From NCBI GenBank assembly GCA_053919585.1, contig CM132795.1: 64,000 bases of DNA. The stretch is one strand, 5' to 3'. The notes under the pieces were generated by a model. That model saw only the letters and a program-made list of their open reading frames with translations. It did not search any database and had not been told where the DNA came from. The number at the start of each line of letters is the position of its first letter. Within the stretch, counting starts at the first letter, position 1. Shown piece by piece: positions 39,076 to 51,209 of this stretch. This DNA is from Euprymna scolopes (lineage: Eukaryota). Made by a program: the position numbers and the translations under genes.

Positions 39076-39933
39076 NNNNNNNNNNNNNNNNNNNNNNNNN
39101 NNNNNNNNNNNNNNNNNNNNNNNNNNNNNNNNNNNNNNNNNNNNNNNNNNNNNNNNNNNNNNNNNNNNNNNNNNNNNNNNNNNNNNNNNNNNNNNNNNNN
39201 NNNNNNNNNNNNNNNNNNNNNNNNNNNNNNNNNNNNNNNNNNNNNNNNNNNNNNNNNNNNNNNNNNNNNNNNNNNNNNNNNNNNNNNNNNNNNNNNNNNN
39301 NNNNNNNNNNNNNNNNNNNNNNNNNNNNNNNNNNNNNNNNNNNNNNNNGATATANNNNNNNNNNNNNNNNNNNNNNNNNNNNNNNNNNNNNNNNNNNNNN
39401 NNNNNNNNNNNNNNNNNNNNNNNNNNNNNNNNNNNNNNNNNNNNNNNNNNNNNNNNNNNNNNNNNNNNNNNNNNNNNNNNNNNNNNNNNNNNNNNNNNNN
39501 NNNNNNNNNNNNNNNNNNNNNNNNNNNNNNNNNNNNNNNNNNNNNNNNNNNNNNNNNNNNNNNNNNNNNNNNNNNNNNNNNNNNNNNNNNNNNNNNNNNN
39601 NNNNNNNNNNNNNNNNNNNNNNNNNNNNNNNNNNNNNNNNNNNNNNNNNNNNNNNNNNNNNNNNNNNNNNNNNNNNNNNNNNNNNNNNNNNNNNNNNNNN
39701 NNNNNNNNNNNNNNNNNNNNNNNNNNNNNNNNNNNNNNNNNNNNNNNNNNNNNNNNNNNNNNNNNNNNNNNNNNNNNNNNNNNNNNNNNNNNNNNNNNNN
39801 NNNNNNNNNNNNNNNNNNNNNNNNNNNNNNNNNNNNNNNNNNNNNNNNNNNNNNNNNNNNNNNNNNNNNNNNNNNNNNNNNNNNNNNNNNNNNNNNNNNN
39901 NNNNNNNNNNNNNNNNNNNNNNNNNNNNNNNNN
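39076..39933. other. Assembly gap with a 6-bp island (GATATA, 39349-39354)
   Basis: Run of Ns. Confidence 1.
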
Positions 39934-41491
39934 GAAGTGATTTCCGAAATTGATATGCCCGATCACAAGTATTACGAATCAATAGTGATAATGTTTTAAG
40001 AAGTTGAGCTTAATCTACTAGCGAGCATATTATTTAAGTATTGTTAATAATGAGTGTGATATGTCCTGTGCCTCTTCACTACTGCTAAGCGTCTAAATAC
40101 ATACGAATTATGATTCTTTATGCAGAATTCAAGTTGGCAAACTATATCAGCAACTGAAATAGGGGAAATCATGTTTGTTTTGTAAGTTAGAAAAAGTAAA
40201 AAATATTAGATAATGCAATTTATTTATAACTATAACATCAACTATTTTTGTCACATTATCATCATTTCATATCGTATTAATCCAGATATTTCATTGTTGC
40301 CATTATTTCACCGATAATTGTTTTGTTCTGGTAGGATTCTTGCAAGAAAGCGTTTGGATAATAAAGGCAAGGACCACATGAAGATCACAACAATTCTAAG
40401 TGAAAGTGATTTTTGTGGATAGAAGTGGATTGGAAATTTGGAGACCCAGGGCGTCAGTTCGTGTCGTTAACTACTGAATCACACATTGTATCTAATTTTC
40501 CGTACAGAGAGTAATCTTCATATGAATTTATCAATTATATAAGGTATAACTAAACATGAAACCATGCTAGTATAATTTAAAATATGGCATTTTTTTTAAC
40601 TATACGAGACAAAAATGTAACACGTTAGGTTACCCATCGAACTCAGAATAATAGGCAGAAGGAATGAGTCTAAGTTCAGTTAAACTTTAAAAATATACAA
40701 AGTTAGTATTGTCTTACTATATGCTAAGTTCATTCCTTCTCTCATTCATACAGTCTTACTATCTATCTATCCTATCTGTCTGTTCTCCCTCTTAATTGCA
40801 GGGTAAATAATATAAAAGCAAGAAGTAAAATGGAATCTTATACACTCGGCTGCTAGCAAATACACACCACATCCAAGTGGGCGTACACACTTTTTTGTTC
40901 TGTCTTTATATAAAGTATAACATGAGAAATTCAAGAACATATTATTGTCAACCATGATTGGCCATATTATGTTGGTGAATAAATAATTAATAATCACAAA
41001 CATATTTAGAGTCTTTAACATTATAAGATATTCTTTTTATTTGAATCCGTAGCAAACTGATTTATTAGCAAATAGTATTGTCATTTCTTTCAAATACAAA
41101 TTCTTATCGTACTTCTGATTATAATGCTGCATTTTAATCGAAAAAATATATAGACAATAATGGAAGTGAGAGTGATAGACGCCGTATTAAATACGAGCAG
41201 AATACAAAGGGCACACAGTGAGAAATTAAAAGTCTTAGACAGAAACATAATTAGAGATGTGTCACACGTTGTGTCAATTATTTTGAACAATTTAAATTAA
41301 ATTTGTGATAGTTTATTATCTTTTAGCATGTGGTTTGTATGCTAAAATATATAAAGAAAACGTATTTGAGAAAGATATTCGATGAAAATAGTCCAGGGTA
41401 AATGTATTAAAAGTGTAGAGTTTGAACGCGGTATCTTTTACTCACAAATGTGCTATGTTAACCAAATATTTTGGGTGTTATTAAAATATTT

Positions 41492-41527
41492 CCATTGGTT
41501 TTAACCGTTATCCCTCGAGTATAAAAC
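41492..41527 (+). promoter_or_regulatory. Putative core promoter of family copy 3 (ATTGG at 41494, TATAAA at 41520)
   Basis: 26-nt ATTGG-to-TATA spacing as in copy 1; ATG lies 81 nt after the TATA start. Confidence 0.55.
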
Positions 41528-41600
41528 AAATAACGAAATTGAAATATGTAGGTGTCTTCTTTTGAGTCTTGAGATTGTAAGTCACGGTGGCAATTACACG

Positions 41601-41858
41601 ATGGGTGAACTAAATAACGTGACCACGAACATTACTAAGACGTTAGTGAGGATTTTGAACTACACAAGAGTTTCCTGGCTTACCTCAGTTACACTAATGT
41701 TGAACCACAACCCGATAATTCATTATGTCTTCTTTGGCTTACCTATTTTTATAGTCCTAATAGCTTGTCTGTGGTGTTGTTATTCGTTCTGCCGAAAAAA
41801 TGCAAACATCCCAGAACCTGTTCCTCTTACAGAGAATTTTTGTAATTTTAGAAAATGA
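41601..41858 (+). CDS. Small single-pass membrane protein, 85 aa (family copy 3, most divergent)
   Basis: First ATG at 41601 (the track start at 41562 is TTG); sequons NVT, NIT, NYT; TM YVFFGLPIFIVLIACLW followed by CCYSFCRK; GL-x10-WCC fits the family register. Confidence 0.65.
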   Translation: MGELNNVTTNITKTLVRILNYTRVSWLTSVTLMLNHNPIIHYVFFGLPIFIVLIACLWCCYSFCRKNANIPEPVPLTENFCNFRK

Positions 41859-44267
41859 TGTTTGTAAAATCAATACCTGGCAATTTCATTCGATTCGATG
41901 CTTTCGGCACTTATTGAAGTATCCTGCTTTGATTTTTTTTAATATTTATATGCATTAGTAATATAAAAGGATTAACTTTTTTTTCTGAACTCTTTGCTAC
42001 ATTAGTTAGCAATCTCTCTGCTCTAACCTCTTATGCCTCCTACAAAGCCTTAATGTAACTGATACATTTTGTGCGAAGTGTGTCCTCTTTCCATATGTCT
42101 TAATGAATTGTATAAAATATCGTTATGATTCATCTGAAGATTTTTTTAATTAGTTTTAAATCTCCCTTGTTTATAGTTTTAATTTTAGGATTGACAATGC
42201 TGTTTACCTTTGCTATACAGAACGTTGTTCAACCTCGTATAGCTAATCCAGATTGCATATTATGAAGTGGTTTGACTTTCGAAATCCAAACTACTTGCGA
42301 GTTTTATGTTTTACTGTAACGGAAACGTTTATTGATTCGGTATCTATTCGGATTAATGTACCACAAGATGTTCGTTTCTTTGCAACTTCGAAATCCACTC
42401 TTTTTTTTCTTTAGATCTACTTATCCCAGCATTTCATCTTTCCAGTAACATTTTCTTCGTGACTATGTAACCTGTACGAAGCTGAAAATACAAGAAATAA
42501 TCCAGTTTGGAACACTTCGTTGTGATCTGTACCAAACAGCTAATTTTATAATACATTAAATTCAGATGTTGACGTGCTTTATCTAATGAATGACTGTTTG
42601 CAGAGTCTCTAATCTAATTAGAGGAGAATGTTATATTTGTAATGCATAGTACAACAACTGAAGTAAATGCCTGTGCAACAGTTCTTTCTTTCTGAACTTT
42701 TTATTAAGACTTTGACGTAATTCATTCAGGAACGCGTTTAAAAATTCTTGCACATTAGTATTAATATTTACGTTAGTAATTTCGTCCCTGATCAAAATCA
42801 GTTCCTAATCTTATCTGTACACGAACTATGTATACACATCGAAACCTGCAAGATATACTAAATATTTTATACTCTAATTTTATTAAAGTTTTAAAATTAT
42901 TAATTTTTCATCATACGCATTTTATACCATTCGGTTTAAGGTTCTTAGCGAGGGTAGTCTTAGAGCCGTACCATTTTAGTACTGCTTCGATAAAAAGCGT
43001 TTACGCTGTAAGAATTTTAGGCATCTGTTTATTTACTATGTAAATTGTTAACTTCCATATTTCTGAAATAGAAAATACTATTTCAATGAATATACAGTGC
43101 CACTCTGTAGGATATCTAAACTAATTACAAAAGTTGCTTTAATTTTGACCTTCATTTTAAGATCAATCTCGGATTCGTCATGCGTTTCGAAACAGCAGCC
43201 TTGTTTTTTTTATCTTGAAATTGTGTTCATATAAAAATTACAGACGCTCTTTTCGCTACCACTCATATTCGCTAAACATTAGATCTTGTGTAACACAAAA
43301 TTGAAGAGAATCATAAATAATATTCGAATATAAATGATTGATAGCTTAGAAGAGAAAGCTGAGCCTTTTTTCTATAAATGCCTGGGTAAATTAGTTGCAT
43401 GCTTGAGATGTCGAAAATAGCAGGGCTCATGTCTGCCATGTAATTTTCCTCTAGCCATATAAATTTAAAACCGAATCTTGTCTCCCTCTTTTGCCATTAT
43501 TTTAGTCTCAATTTTGTGAGCGCTTGATAGAAAGTGGCTACATGTCTTGTCCAGAGTCACTGTCATACAAACAGCTTAAATATTTTAAATCTTTGTTTTA
43601 ACAAAAATAAAAATCAGTTACCAATCAAACACAGGGTAATTCTGAACTTTTACCAACATTTGGTATAAGTGTTGGAGTCACTGTTCCCGTTAGTCTGATT
43701 TGCAATTGTTAAGACACGCTTATCAGTTTTTGTAGTAACCTGATGCAACGTAGTAGCTCTGTAGATCGATCCCCGTATTTGCTCGAAAGTCTGAACATGG
43801 AAAACTTTTTTAGTTTTTTTTTTAGTAAAACTCAATTTACTACTTTCGATTAACAATAATCCTAGTGGTTGTAATGATATAAATGCAATTTACTGAGCGC
43901 TCTTCAATGGAGTACATACTATGGTCGTCAACAGAATGGAAGATTCTGTGAAATTCTTATTTACAGACTGTAAATGTTGCTTGTGCCTTGCAGGTATTAT
44001 TTTGGTCTCACGACTGTAGTCTAAGTAACAGGAATGGTTTTACTTTTTATAAACTACTAAATCAACATGAACACCATATATATATATATAAGCCTGAGGA
44101 ATCCAACAGTGGATGAAACGCGGAATATTCAGTGTAGCTTAATCGCCATATTTTATGAATTACTAACTAGCTCTACCTACGTATTGAGCACTTTTGAAAT
44201 AAATACTTAAAGTTAACCCATAAATCTATACTTTCGTATATTAATTTTATGTGAGTAAATGAATTAG

Positions 44268-44317
<50 letters not shown>

Positions 44318-45621
44318 CCTAACTTAATTCATAAAATCTTAAGTTATACCTTTCTTGTTTTCTGTATAATTTTAACTATGATTGATATAGACACGGGCCG
44401 TTGCACTGAAAAATGACATCATGTCTAAAGTCCTAGTTAGCAAGATCTGTTGAACACTCAGACGGTTTAAAATGTTTTTACAATATTATTTACATTTATA
44501 TTTTCGTTCTCATAAAAATCGATGTCTCCTGGAATTTAATAAACGATCTTATAAACGCATTTATTTCCCTATAATCTATACTCATGACTTCTGTGTTAAA
44601 AGAAGTGTTTACGATTTTGCTAATAAAGCACTCGTTAATTTTGTTACATAAAATACCGTTGTGAATTTAAGAACCCATTCTTCTGCAAATATATAAGCAT
44701 TTGTATGTATGCTTGTAATGGGATAAAATGAATATATTTTTAGCAAGTGAGCTACACAAACGTTTGTTTCTACTAAAATAATTCGCCAGGCTGTGTTTAT
44801 CTGACGAAGTATTCGATGGAATAAGATAAGCGATAAGTGTGCCTTTATATAGTGTTACGCGGGTATAAGACAGTTGTCGGGACCGGGGAAGTCTCTTATA
44901 CACGAAGAAATGTAGTTGATGATTGCTCAACTCGTGCCACAAGAATTCGACCTGCAAGTCAGAGCAACATCTACGATGTTTCGTAGTACCTATCGGAATC
45001 GATGAATGGACGTCATTATAAATAGATATAAAATTTCTTATATACACTGGGACGCGTAATAAAACAATTTTGGAACTAAAACAGATTTAATTTGTTCGCA
45101 TTAAGCAAGGTATATCTCCCGGAAGCATTAGAAATTGATACAGTTAAAAGAAATAATGAAAAAAATTAAAGATTTATTTGAACAACAAATATTCATTCAC
45201 CTATAAAGGTACATAAATAGTTCGAAGAAAAAAAAAACATTGTTTTAGCTTTCTAAAATTTCGAATTGAAACACTACGTAAATTAACTTTTCAACAAGGT
45301 AAATAGCTCTTATGTTACTGTATTTCCCAGGAGAAAATATTCTTTCTTTTACTTGCATGTATTCACATTGAAAATAATTCATATTAATTAGGAAAATATC
45401 GTCCTATTTAGATGATTTTCGTAATAAATCTCTGGATTTCGGTCGGCATTTCAAGTTTTATTACGTGTACTCAAAAGTGAAAGGAGAATTTAACTTCGGT
45501 TGCGATTGAACTCTAATCGCTCAACCCATTTGCGAACATGCTAACCATTACAAAAAATTGTATTGAACCGATTATAAGTAGTCATTTTAATTTATTACAC
45601 AAGAAACGGTATTATATTTTG

Positions 45622-46035
45622 CTAGTTGGGTTGAGACACCCGGCATTGCTCGGGCGAAAAGTACGCTTAAATATGATATCTTAATTCTTCCAGAGTTCGT
45701 ATATATTATTATGGAGTCGTGATTTAAAAAGTAAAACAAAAAAATTGGGTGCAATCAGGAAGAATCGAAACCGAAACTGTAGCATTGAAAGCTGGTGCCA
45801 TTTCCACTGTACCAACGTGACGCGCATAAGAAGTGATTAACAATTTAAATTGAATAAAAAACTAAGATTAATGTACAAAACGTATAACGATATTTTCCAA
45901 TGTTGACCCCTTAAAACTATTTTAACCAGCTAGAGACCAATAAAAGAATCGTCCGTTAAAAAATCCAATTATTTCGTTTCGCAGGAGATAGTTTGAAAAT
46001 ATGGAGACAGACATACAGCCTTTTATATATAAGAT
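45622..46035 (-). mobile_element. Helitron-like repeat (family H4)
   Basis: CTAG...CCCGGCATTGCTCGGG hairpin end; body homologous in inverted orientation to 47860-48200. Confidence 0.6.
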
Positions 46036-46888
46036 TTTTATAATCAATAATCTTTAATATGATATGTGTAATAAGCCCTTGAACATCCAAAACTATAAAT
46101 TGGGGCGGTGCCTATAATATTTGTATAGTTCGAACTGAATGAAAAGTATTCTATCATGTTTTATTGATGGCGTTTTTTTAATAAATACTCTTCCGTTCAT
46201 CTTTGCTTGAGTTCCAAATAATTCAATTATGAATAACAACTTAATTTAATATCCACATGAGGATAACCCTATTAGTCATTTTTAAAACAAAAAATGACTC
46301 GGCATCAGACACAGAGTTCCAAGTTTCTTCTTCGATTCCAGTCGCTAAAATTCATATTCAAAAATCAAATGGTAAAACCTTATTGCGGATTATACGAGAA
46401 AACAAATTACGAATTACTGAAGACCATTACTGGAAACGAGAACCAATGACATCCTAAGATAACATAAATATTTTCGTTCAAAATTTCGTATGAATGCATG
46501 AATTGTATAAAGGTGTCGAAAGCCGTCTCTTTCCGGTACAAGAATTGTCAAAAAAACACTATGATATTTCCGTAGTTTTTTTTTTATTTTTAGGCTGATG
46601 TACTAATCCTATGAAATAGTGTTTTCCCATTTTCTCCTTGATTTCGAGTTAATTTAAGTTATTACCAACTTTTTGTTTTTGTTGGCGATTACCGACGAAA
46701 CTGTATGGGAATTTTAAAAACCAAAGTGTCATTCTAGGAGTGCTAGATTGATTCTCACTATCTTCCGACTGATAATACATCTTGCTGCACTATGATGAAA
46801 GTACATACCGCCGCCCACAGTAAGCCGGATATAAATTAGCCCATTGCGTTGGGGTTTTTTTATGCCTGGCTCTGGTATATATGTTCTA

Positions 46889-47101
46889 CTAGCAGGGCCT
46901 GTGGAAATTCCACAGGAGACTCATTCATATCTAATATATTGATGTTGGCATTCGTTAGATGTTCGCCGGAAATTGGGACGCTCGGATATTGTAGTTATTT
47001 TGTTTAAACTGCAAAGTTTTTATCTAAGCTAACAGGGACACTCAGCGTAGCCCGCTCGTAAAGTACGCTTAAATATATTTTAATTCTTGCAGATTTCATG
47101 G

Positions 47102-47135
<34 letters not shown>

Positions 47136-47440
47136 TAATTTTCTATCGATTTTTATACTTTACAAAGTTGTGATTGAAAAAAATAAACATATCCATATGA
47201 CGTGGGTGCATCAGCTTTATTCGAAGCCGAAACTTATGAAAAATGTATGTATAATATATATATATAAATTTTGTTCCTTTAGCTAAAATCGCAACCGAAA
47301 CCAAATCTTATAAAGAATTCTTGGTAAAATTATTTAAAAAACAGACGACTGAAGTGGCACCAGCTATAATCGAAACTGAAACAAAACCTATAAAGAATTC
47401 TTGATAAAACTATAAATTGCAAGAAATGGAAGCCTATAAC
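46889..47440 (-). mobile_element. Helitron-like repeat family H3
   Basis: A^CTAGCAGGGCCTGTGGAAATTCCACAGG end; aligns with 16230-16776 and 17379-17790. Confidence 0.7.
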
Positions 47441-47859
47441 AATTAACTCACAGTCATTCGGATGTAAACGTGGTATACAATATAAATAATACAGACGCTA
47501 GCATATTACTATGTATATTCTAAGTGTTGCCTTCTTGTTTTGATTAGTTAAGTAATTGCATGAGGTATCCACACCGAGACTGCTTAGGAAAATGTCGTTA
47601 GCTCAGAGCGCACAAACTTTTACTCCCCACGTTCTGAACTTATGTCACAGTTGTCAGCAGTGAAAGCATAGTAAAGATAAATATTCGATAGAAAGTATCT
47701 TTAGATGGAAATGAAACAGATGACGATGCAATAAGTAGTCCGAAACCCCCAAACAATAACAACTTCCATATTGCCATTTATTGGTGCTACATGTAATGGG
47801 TTTACTTAAACAAATATAAATCTAATTTATAAAACTCACAATCAGTATGTCTCAATATT

Positions 47860-48200
47860 TTAAAACTAGCTCTATGAAAACTAAAAGTCGCAGAGCGGCG
47901 ATAGGTGCCTCAAATGATTGAAGATTTCATGGGGCTTCTTTTATGGGTCTTTAGTCGGTTAAAATAATTTCTAACAGGACAAAATTGAAAAAAAAACATA
48001 CATTCATCTTAATTTATATTCTATAAGTTCATATTCGTGTCACGTTGGTGCGGTGATAATATCACTAGCCTTGAATGTTAGTTTTGCTTTCGGTTTCAAT
48101 TCTAGCTTAAGGCACCCAATTATTTTTTTTATTTTTGAAATCACGACTCTATAATATATACGGAATTTGGAAAAATAAAATATATTCAAGCGTATTTAAA
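47860..48200 (+). mobile_element. Helitron-like repeat family H4, partial copy
   Basis: CGTGTCACGTTGGTGCGG...TTTCGGTTTCAATTCT...GCACCCAAT...AAATCACGACTC is the reverse complement of 45660-45830. Confidence 0.6.
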
Positions 48201-49224
48201 TACCACGCAAAGTTGGGCGCAAAGTTTGAGAATGTAATGGTATAAAACTTCTTAAATTACTGACATTTATGCGACACAACGCATATTATTACAGTTTTCT
48301 ATTAATCGTACGATTATTATCTTGAGTGTTATTTTCTTACAGTTCCAGTCAATTTAACCTCCGACATTCAAACAAGTTTTGTCAGAATCGAAAATCTGTT
48401 CAACGGCAAACCTTTAATGAACGATACGAGCTTGCTGTTGCACCGGTAATCATGGATTTCTTTAAACCTTACGTAGTTATTTATTGTAGTTTTAGCTTCA
48501 CCTCATATTCCAGTTTGAATCTCCAATTTCAAGCGATTGATCATTACTTGACTTTACTTACTATACAACTTCATTTAAAGTTTTATGAGTAACGTATTTG
48601 CCAGATTCAGCACTTTTTCGTTTGTGATTCTCATACATGCGTAGACTTTCTCTATTCGGATAAAGATTGGGCCTAAATCTGAGGATTCATTTAGGAAAAA
48701 TATAAATTTTAATCGAAAAAGGAGATTTACCTTGGAATTTGTATTTATTCGGGTTTTTTCTTCGGATTAAAATAGTTTAAAATTTTATCAGAAGTAAAAT
48801 AGAAATTTCAAAAGTTTAACAAAGTTACTTCATTAATTTACAAAATAATAATTTAATCTTAATATAAATGTAAGGGATTATTCTGATAAACGCAGAGATA
48901 AAAATCGAGGTTGAAATATAATTCATTACTAATCAATTAAACTTTCGCTCACAGAAGAGTGAAGATTGATTTGGATTAAAAGAATTGCTGGTCTAATATT
49001 TCTTTTAAATAGGAGCGCATAAATATTTTTAGGATTGGGTAGAAAGTAACTTTGATCCCACAATAAGTAGATTCGTGGCACCTCATTAACTATATAGAAT
49101 ATATTTAAAAACAGTATGACTATCCTATTTATACCAGATCTTTGTATTATAAAGAAATTATTTCACCGATTAGTTATTTCTGTATAAGATTCGAAATAAT
49201 TTAATGATTCGGTACGTTTAACTC

Positions 49225-49310
49225 GTACGGCACAATCACGTTGACACACCGGTTCTCGCCATATCACCTAAGTTAAGCAAAGTTGAGCCTGGCCAGTACC
49301 AGATGGGCTC
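49225..49310 (+). mobile_element. 5S-derived SINE head (or 5S pseudogene fragment)
   Basis: GTACGGCACAATCACGTTGACACACCGGTTCTCGCCATATCACCTAAGTTAAGCAAAGTTGAGCCTGGCCAGTACCAGATGGG. Confidence 0.75.
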
Positions 49311-49599
49311 AACGGCTATGGATGGACGTTTATCTCGTATTTTGACAGAAAACGTTAAGCGGAAAAGAACCTGATTGAACGTTTGTTCCAATTGAAAACT
49401 TGCAAACAAACGTTCACTTCAAAGTAACATGAAACCGTAGGACTTCAGTCGGGTTTTGATAAATGCACAGGTTTCGTGCGATATGCATTAAATCGGTTCG
49501 AAATTTTAACAACTTGTAGAAAACGATTATCAAAAGTCGACATGAATTAACATGTACGTTAGTTACCTTATATGTAAAACAGTAAAGTTTCAATATAAT

Positions 49600-49760
49600 T
49601 AAACACCTTTCTGTTAATTGGATTTATCAGAATATTCTCATTTGTAGTGCTATATTCGCAATATTTTTGTTGGTGTAATCTCCAACCGTCTTCAGGTCGG
49701 CTTTGTTGGACTCGAGAAAGTTTCTGTCGAACTCTGGACGGAATTTTCAATAGAATCCTG
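49600..49760 (-). mobile_element. Penelope-like terminal motif
   Basis: Reverse complement CCTGAAGACGGTTGGAGATTACACCAACAAAAATATTGCGAATA...GAATATTCTGATAAATCC; similar to 62845-63020. Confidence 0.5.
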
Positions 49761-50459
49761 TTACTTCACGGAGCAGCATGTCCTAGTTTCGTAAGCCATG
49801 CTTGGATAGATGTTCTAACATCTTTCAAATTGTATTTTCGGTCGCCCACACTGAAAAGCGAACGTTCAAGAAAATATCACCTTTATAATAGACCTTTCCA
49901 AGTACTATAACAATTGCGTCACGGGTACTCAAGATCAAAACAATAGCCCGATCAATACAAATATATTCACACATCAAAACTTCCAAAACGTAGATTCTGG
50001 TTAGATTAGCAAAACAGGATAGGTTAAAACGTGAAACAAGACCAACTGAAACAAAGTGACTTCTTGCCGAAACAATAATTAGAGTAGTTTCCGGATTTTT
50101 TTTAAAACATTCAAGTGAATGGTGTTTTCAAAGTAGCCACAGTCTTTCAAATTGTGGCAAAACATATTTAAGAATCAATAGAGATTTTGCATTTTCTGTG
50201 CCCGTGTATCTTGCCCTACAGGCTACACAGGAAAGAGTATTTTTGAATATTTTCTGCTGTAGCTTCATATTCCAAAAATGTAAATTTATAAGTGAACATT
50301 TGAACGAATATTTGTCAATATACAATATCTATATGAATACCTATAAGATTTGAAGGCGAATAACGTACTCAATGCTAGTTTGTTGATTAAGCTGTGAAGA
50401 AGTGAGAATCAAATTAACCGTACGAACTCGCAAATATTTTTTGAAATGATATGTAAGGG

Positions 50460-50717
50460 TTACAGATGACTGTCTTCAACTAAATGGATACTTCGCTGTA
50501 GAGCCACAGTTGTTGTCTTGTATTCCCAAAAGCAATAATAACAGAACCGAATAAGAAAAGCCATAGCTAACAACAGCATTACTCCACCAAGGATATAGAA
50601 TCCTAGTTCAAAGTCAAAATGAAATTCATTAGAGGGCAAATGAGACGTCGTTATAGTCAGCTTGGCAGTTGCAGCGATCAATTTCATCGTTTCATTATTA
50701 CTTTCTCCTCTCATCAT
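50460..50717 (-). CDS. Small single-pass membrane protein, 85 aa (family copy 4; alternative in-frame ATG at 50747)
   Basis: MMRGESNNETMKLIAATAKLTITTSHLPSNEFHFDFELGFYILGGVMLLLAMAFLIRFCYYCFWEYKTTTVALQRSIHLVEDSHL; sequon NET; EFHFDF and GV-x10-RFC are shared with copy 2. Confidence 0.72.
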   Translation of the reverse strand: MMRGESNNETMKLIAATAKLTITTSHLPSNEFHFDFELGFYILGGVMLLLAMAFLIRFCYYCFWEYKTTTVALQRSIHLVEDSHL

Positions 50718-50772
50718 GAGACCGCCGACGTAACAACCTCCCCACATTATTTTGAGAAACTGTTAGAATTAT

Positions 50773-50810
50773 GTTTTCATAAATGACAGATAAAATATTT
50801 GGAACAATCT
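50773..50810 (-). promoter_or_regulatory. Diverged core promoter of family copy 4
   Basis: Reverse complement AGATTGTTCCAAATATTTTATCTGTCATTTATGAAAAC aligns with copy 1 TGATTGGTCCAATTCTTTCTTTGTCAGTTATAAAT; each box carries one substitution. Confidence 0.5.
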
Positions 50811-51064
50811 ACTTTTTTCGAAAATGATTCCATTTCAGTCCAGTAAATATTTGATGTAACACAGATAAACGGTTTCAAACCCTAAAAAGGAAAGTAACAT
50901 TTTACATAGTCATGTAGGAAGCCATACTTTCAAATGTTAATTTATAAAACATTGAAATATCATTTGTATCAGTGATATATACAATATGATATTACGACAT
51001 CATATAAGACCAGATACAATGCGACGATATTGATCCAAGGGTTCTTTATGAAACCCAATGTAAT

Positions 51065-51209
51065 NNNNNNNNNNNNNNNNNNNNNNNNNNNNNNNNNNNN
51101 NNNNNNNNNNNNNNNNNNNNNNNNNNNNNNNNNNNNNNNNNNNNNNNNNNNNNNNNNNNNNNNNNNNNNNNNNNNNNNNNNNNNNNNNNNNNNNNNNNNN
51201 NNNNNNNNN
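51065..51209. other. Assembly gap
   Basis: Run of Ns. Confidence 1.

Noticed and set aside
39040-39999. ~309-aa ORFs in the track (also those at 19891, 51000 and 61465)
   Set aside because: Artefacts of translating through N gaps.
40310-40460. Minus-strand PIHFY...LRIVVIFMWSLPLL resembling GPCR ICL2/TM4
   Set aside because: No DRY-like motif or TM3, and spacing to the other fragments is inconsistent; not supportable by eye.
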